Shown here: piece by piece, positions 63,237 to 64,000 of the stretch
How positions within the stretch are numbered: the stretch's first letter is position 1
Layout: each line of letters opens with the position of its first letter
Origin: Octopus vulgaris
Taxonomy: Eukaryota
NCBI GenBank assembly: GCA_951406725.2
Contig: OX597820.1
Location: forward strand, 101,184,001-101,248,000
Length of the DNA: 64,000 bases
Direction: 5' to 3'
Made by a program: the position numbers and the translations under genes
The notes under the pieces: model-generated
Seen by the model: only the letters and a program-made list of their open reading frames with translations
Database searches by the model: none
What the model was told of the DNA's origin: nothing

Positions 63237-64000
63237 ATTTGTTCATTGCATTATAATCTAGATATTTCGCTACTTATATTTTTGCCACAAATGTAAAAAA
63301 AAAACCCCAAAAAACGAAAAAAAGAAAAGAAAATGTAATTCACTAAAATAACAATTTTTATAACTTGAGTCAACTTCAGTTTTAGGAATGTTGTACATCA
63401 TCTGTTTGTTCACCGTCAGTTTATTTGGAAATTCTTTAACAACCAAAATGTATTTATTAGTGACATTCTTTACATACCAATATGTTCTTACTTTTCTTTT
63501 ACATCAAAGAAGCCCACTCACCCATTGCTGTTGAGGAGATTTTGAGATTTTTAACGATCAACAGTTTAATTTCAGTCAAAATTTCTTACTAATTCTTCCT
63601 TTGATTTAAAACTTTGTTCAGATTTTAAACTTAATCTGTATGTTGATCTTTCGACAGGTTTTGGGATTAGTACCATGTCACCTGTTATTTAAACTTTAGT
63701 AATCAGGATGGTCAGCAGTGTATGTTTCTTTTGGATAATTGCCCTTTACTTTTTGGTCCTATATGTTGTAAATAGAAGCTTGAGCTCTTTTAGGCTCTTA
63801 TAGTATCATACACACTTCAGATAAAAAAAAAATAATAAAATAATGATTCTTTGTTGAATGTGAAATAATTCCTTTTAGGAATGGAGAATCTCACAGCAAA
63901 TAATGCTAAAGATATCATCATCATCATCCTTTAACATCTGTTTTCCATGTTGGCATGGGTTGGGTACATTGACCAGCTCTGGCAAGCAGGAGAGCTGCAT

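Overview
AT-rich, repeat-dominated eukaryotic DNA. The SINE/LINE/microsatellite make-up suggests an octopus-like cephalopod genome (inference). I found no intact host protein-coding exon. A CpG-retaining, repeat-poor stretch at about 9.9-14.2 kb looks like a promoter plus non-coding first exon (NRF1-like and YY1-like motifs, consensus AG|GTAAGT donor at 10250), so the remainder may be one large intron. Mobile DNA includes a young Naiad-type Penelope-like element (RT + GIY-YIG) with 513-bp inverted pseudo-LTRs, two decayed RTE LINEs carrying a PHD-like finger inside the RT, a CR1/L2-group 3' fragment, a decayed R4/Dong-like RLE LINE, two Tc1/mariner relics, mariner/piggyBac/hAT MITEs, Helitron-type elements and at least three tRNA-derived SINE families. 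The most notable signals are hammerhead-ribozyme folds of three unrelated sequence types lying in (TA)n-flanked inverted repeats, SINEs that swap LINE-derived tails, and an unclassified 550-bp element found in (TAA)n tracts.
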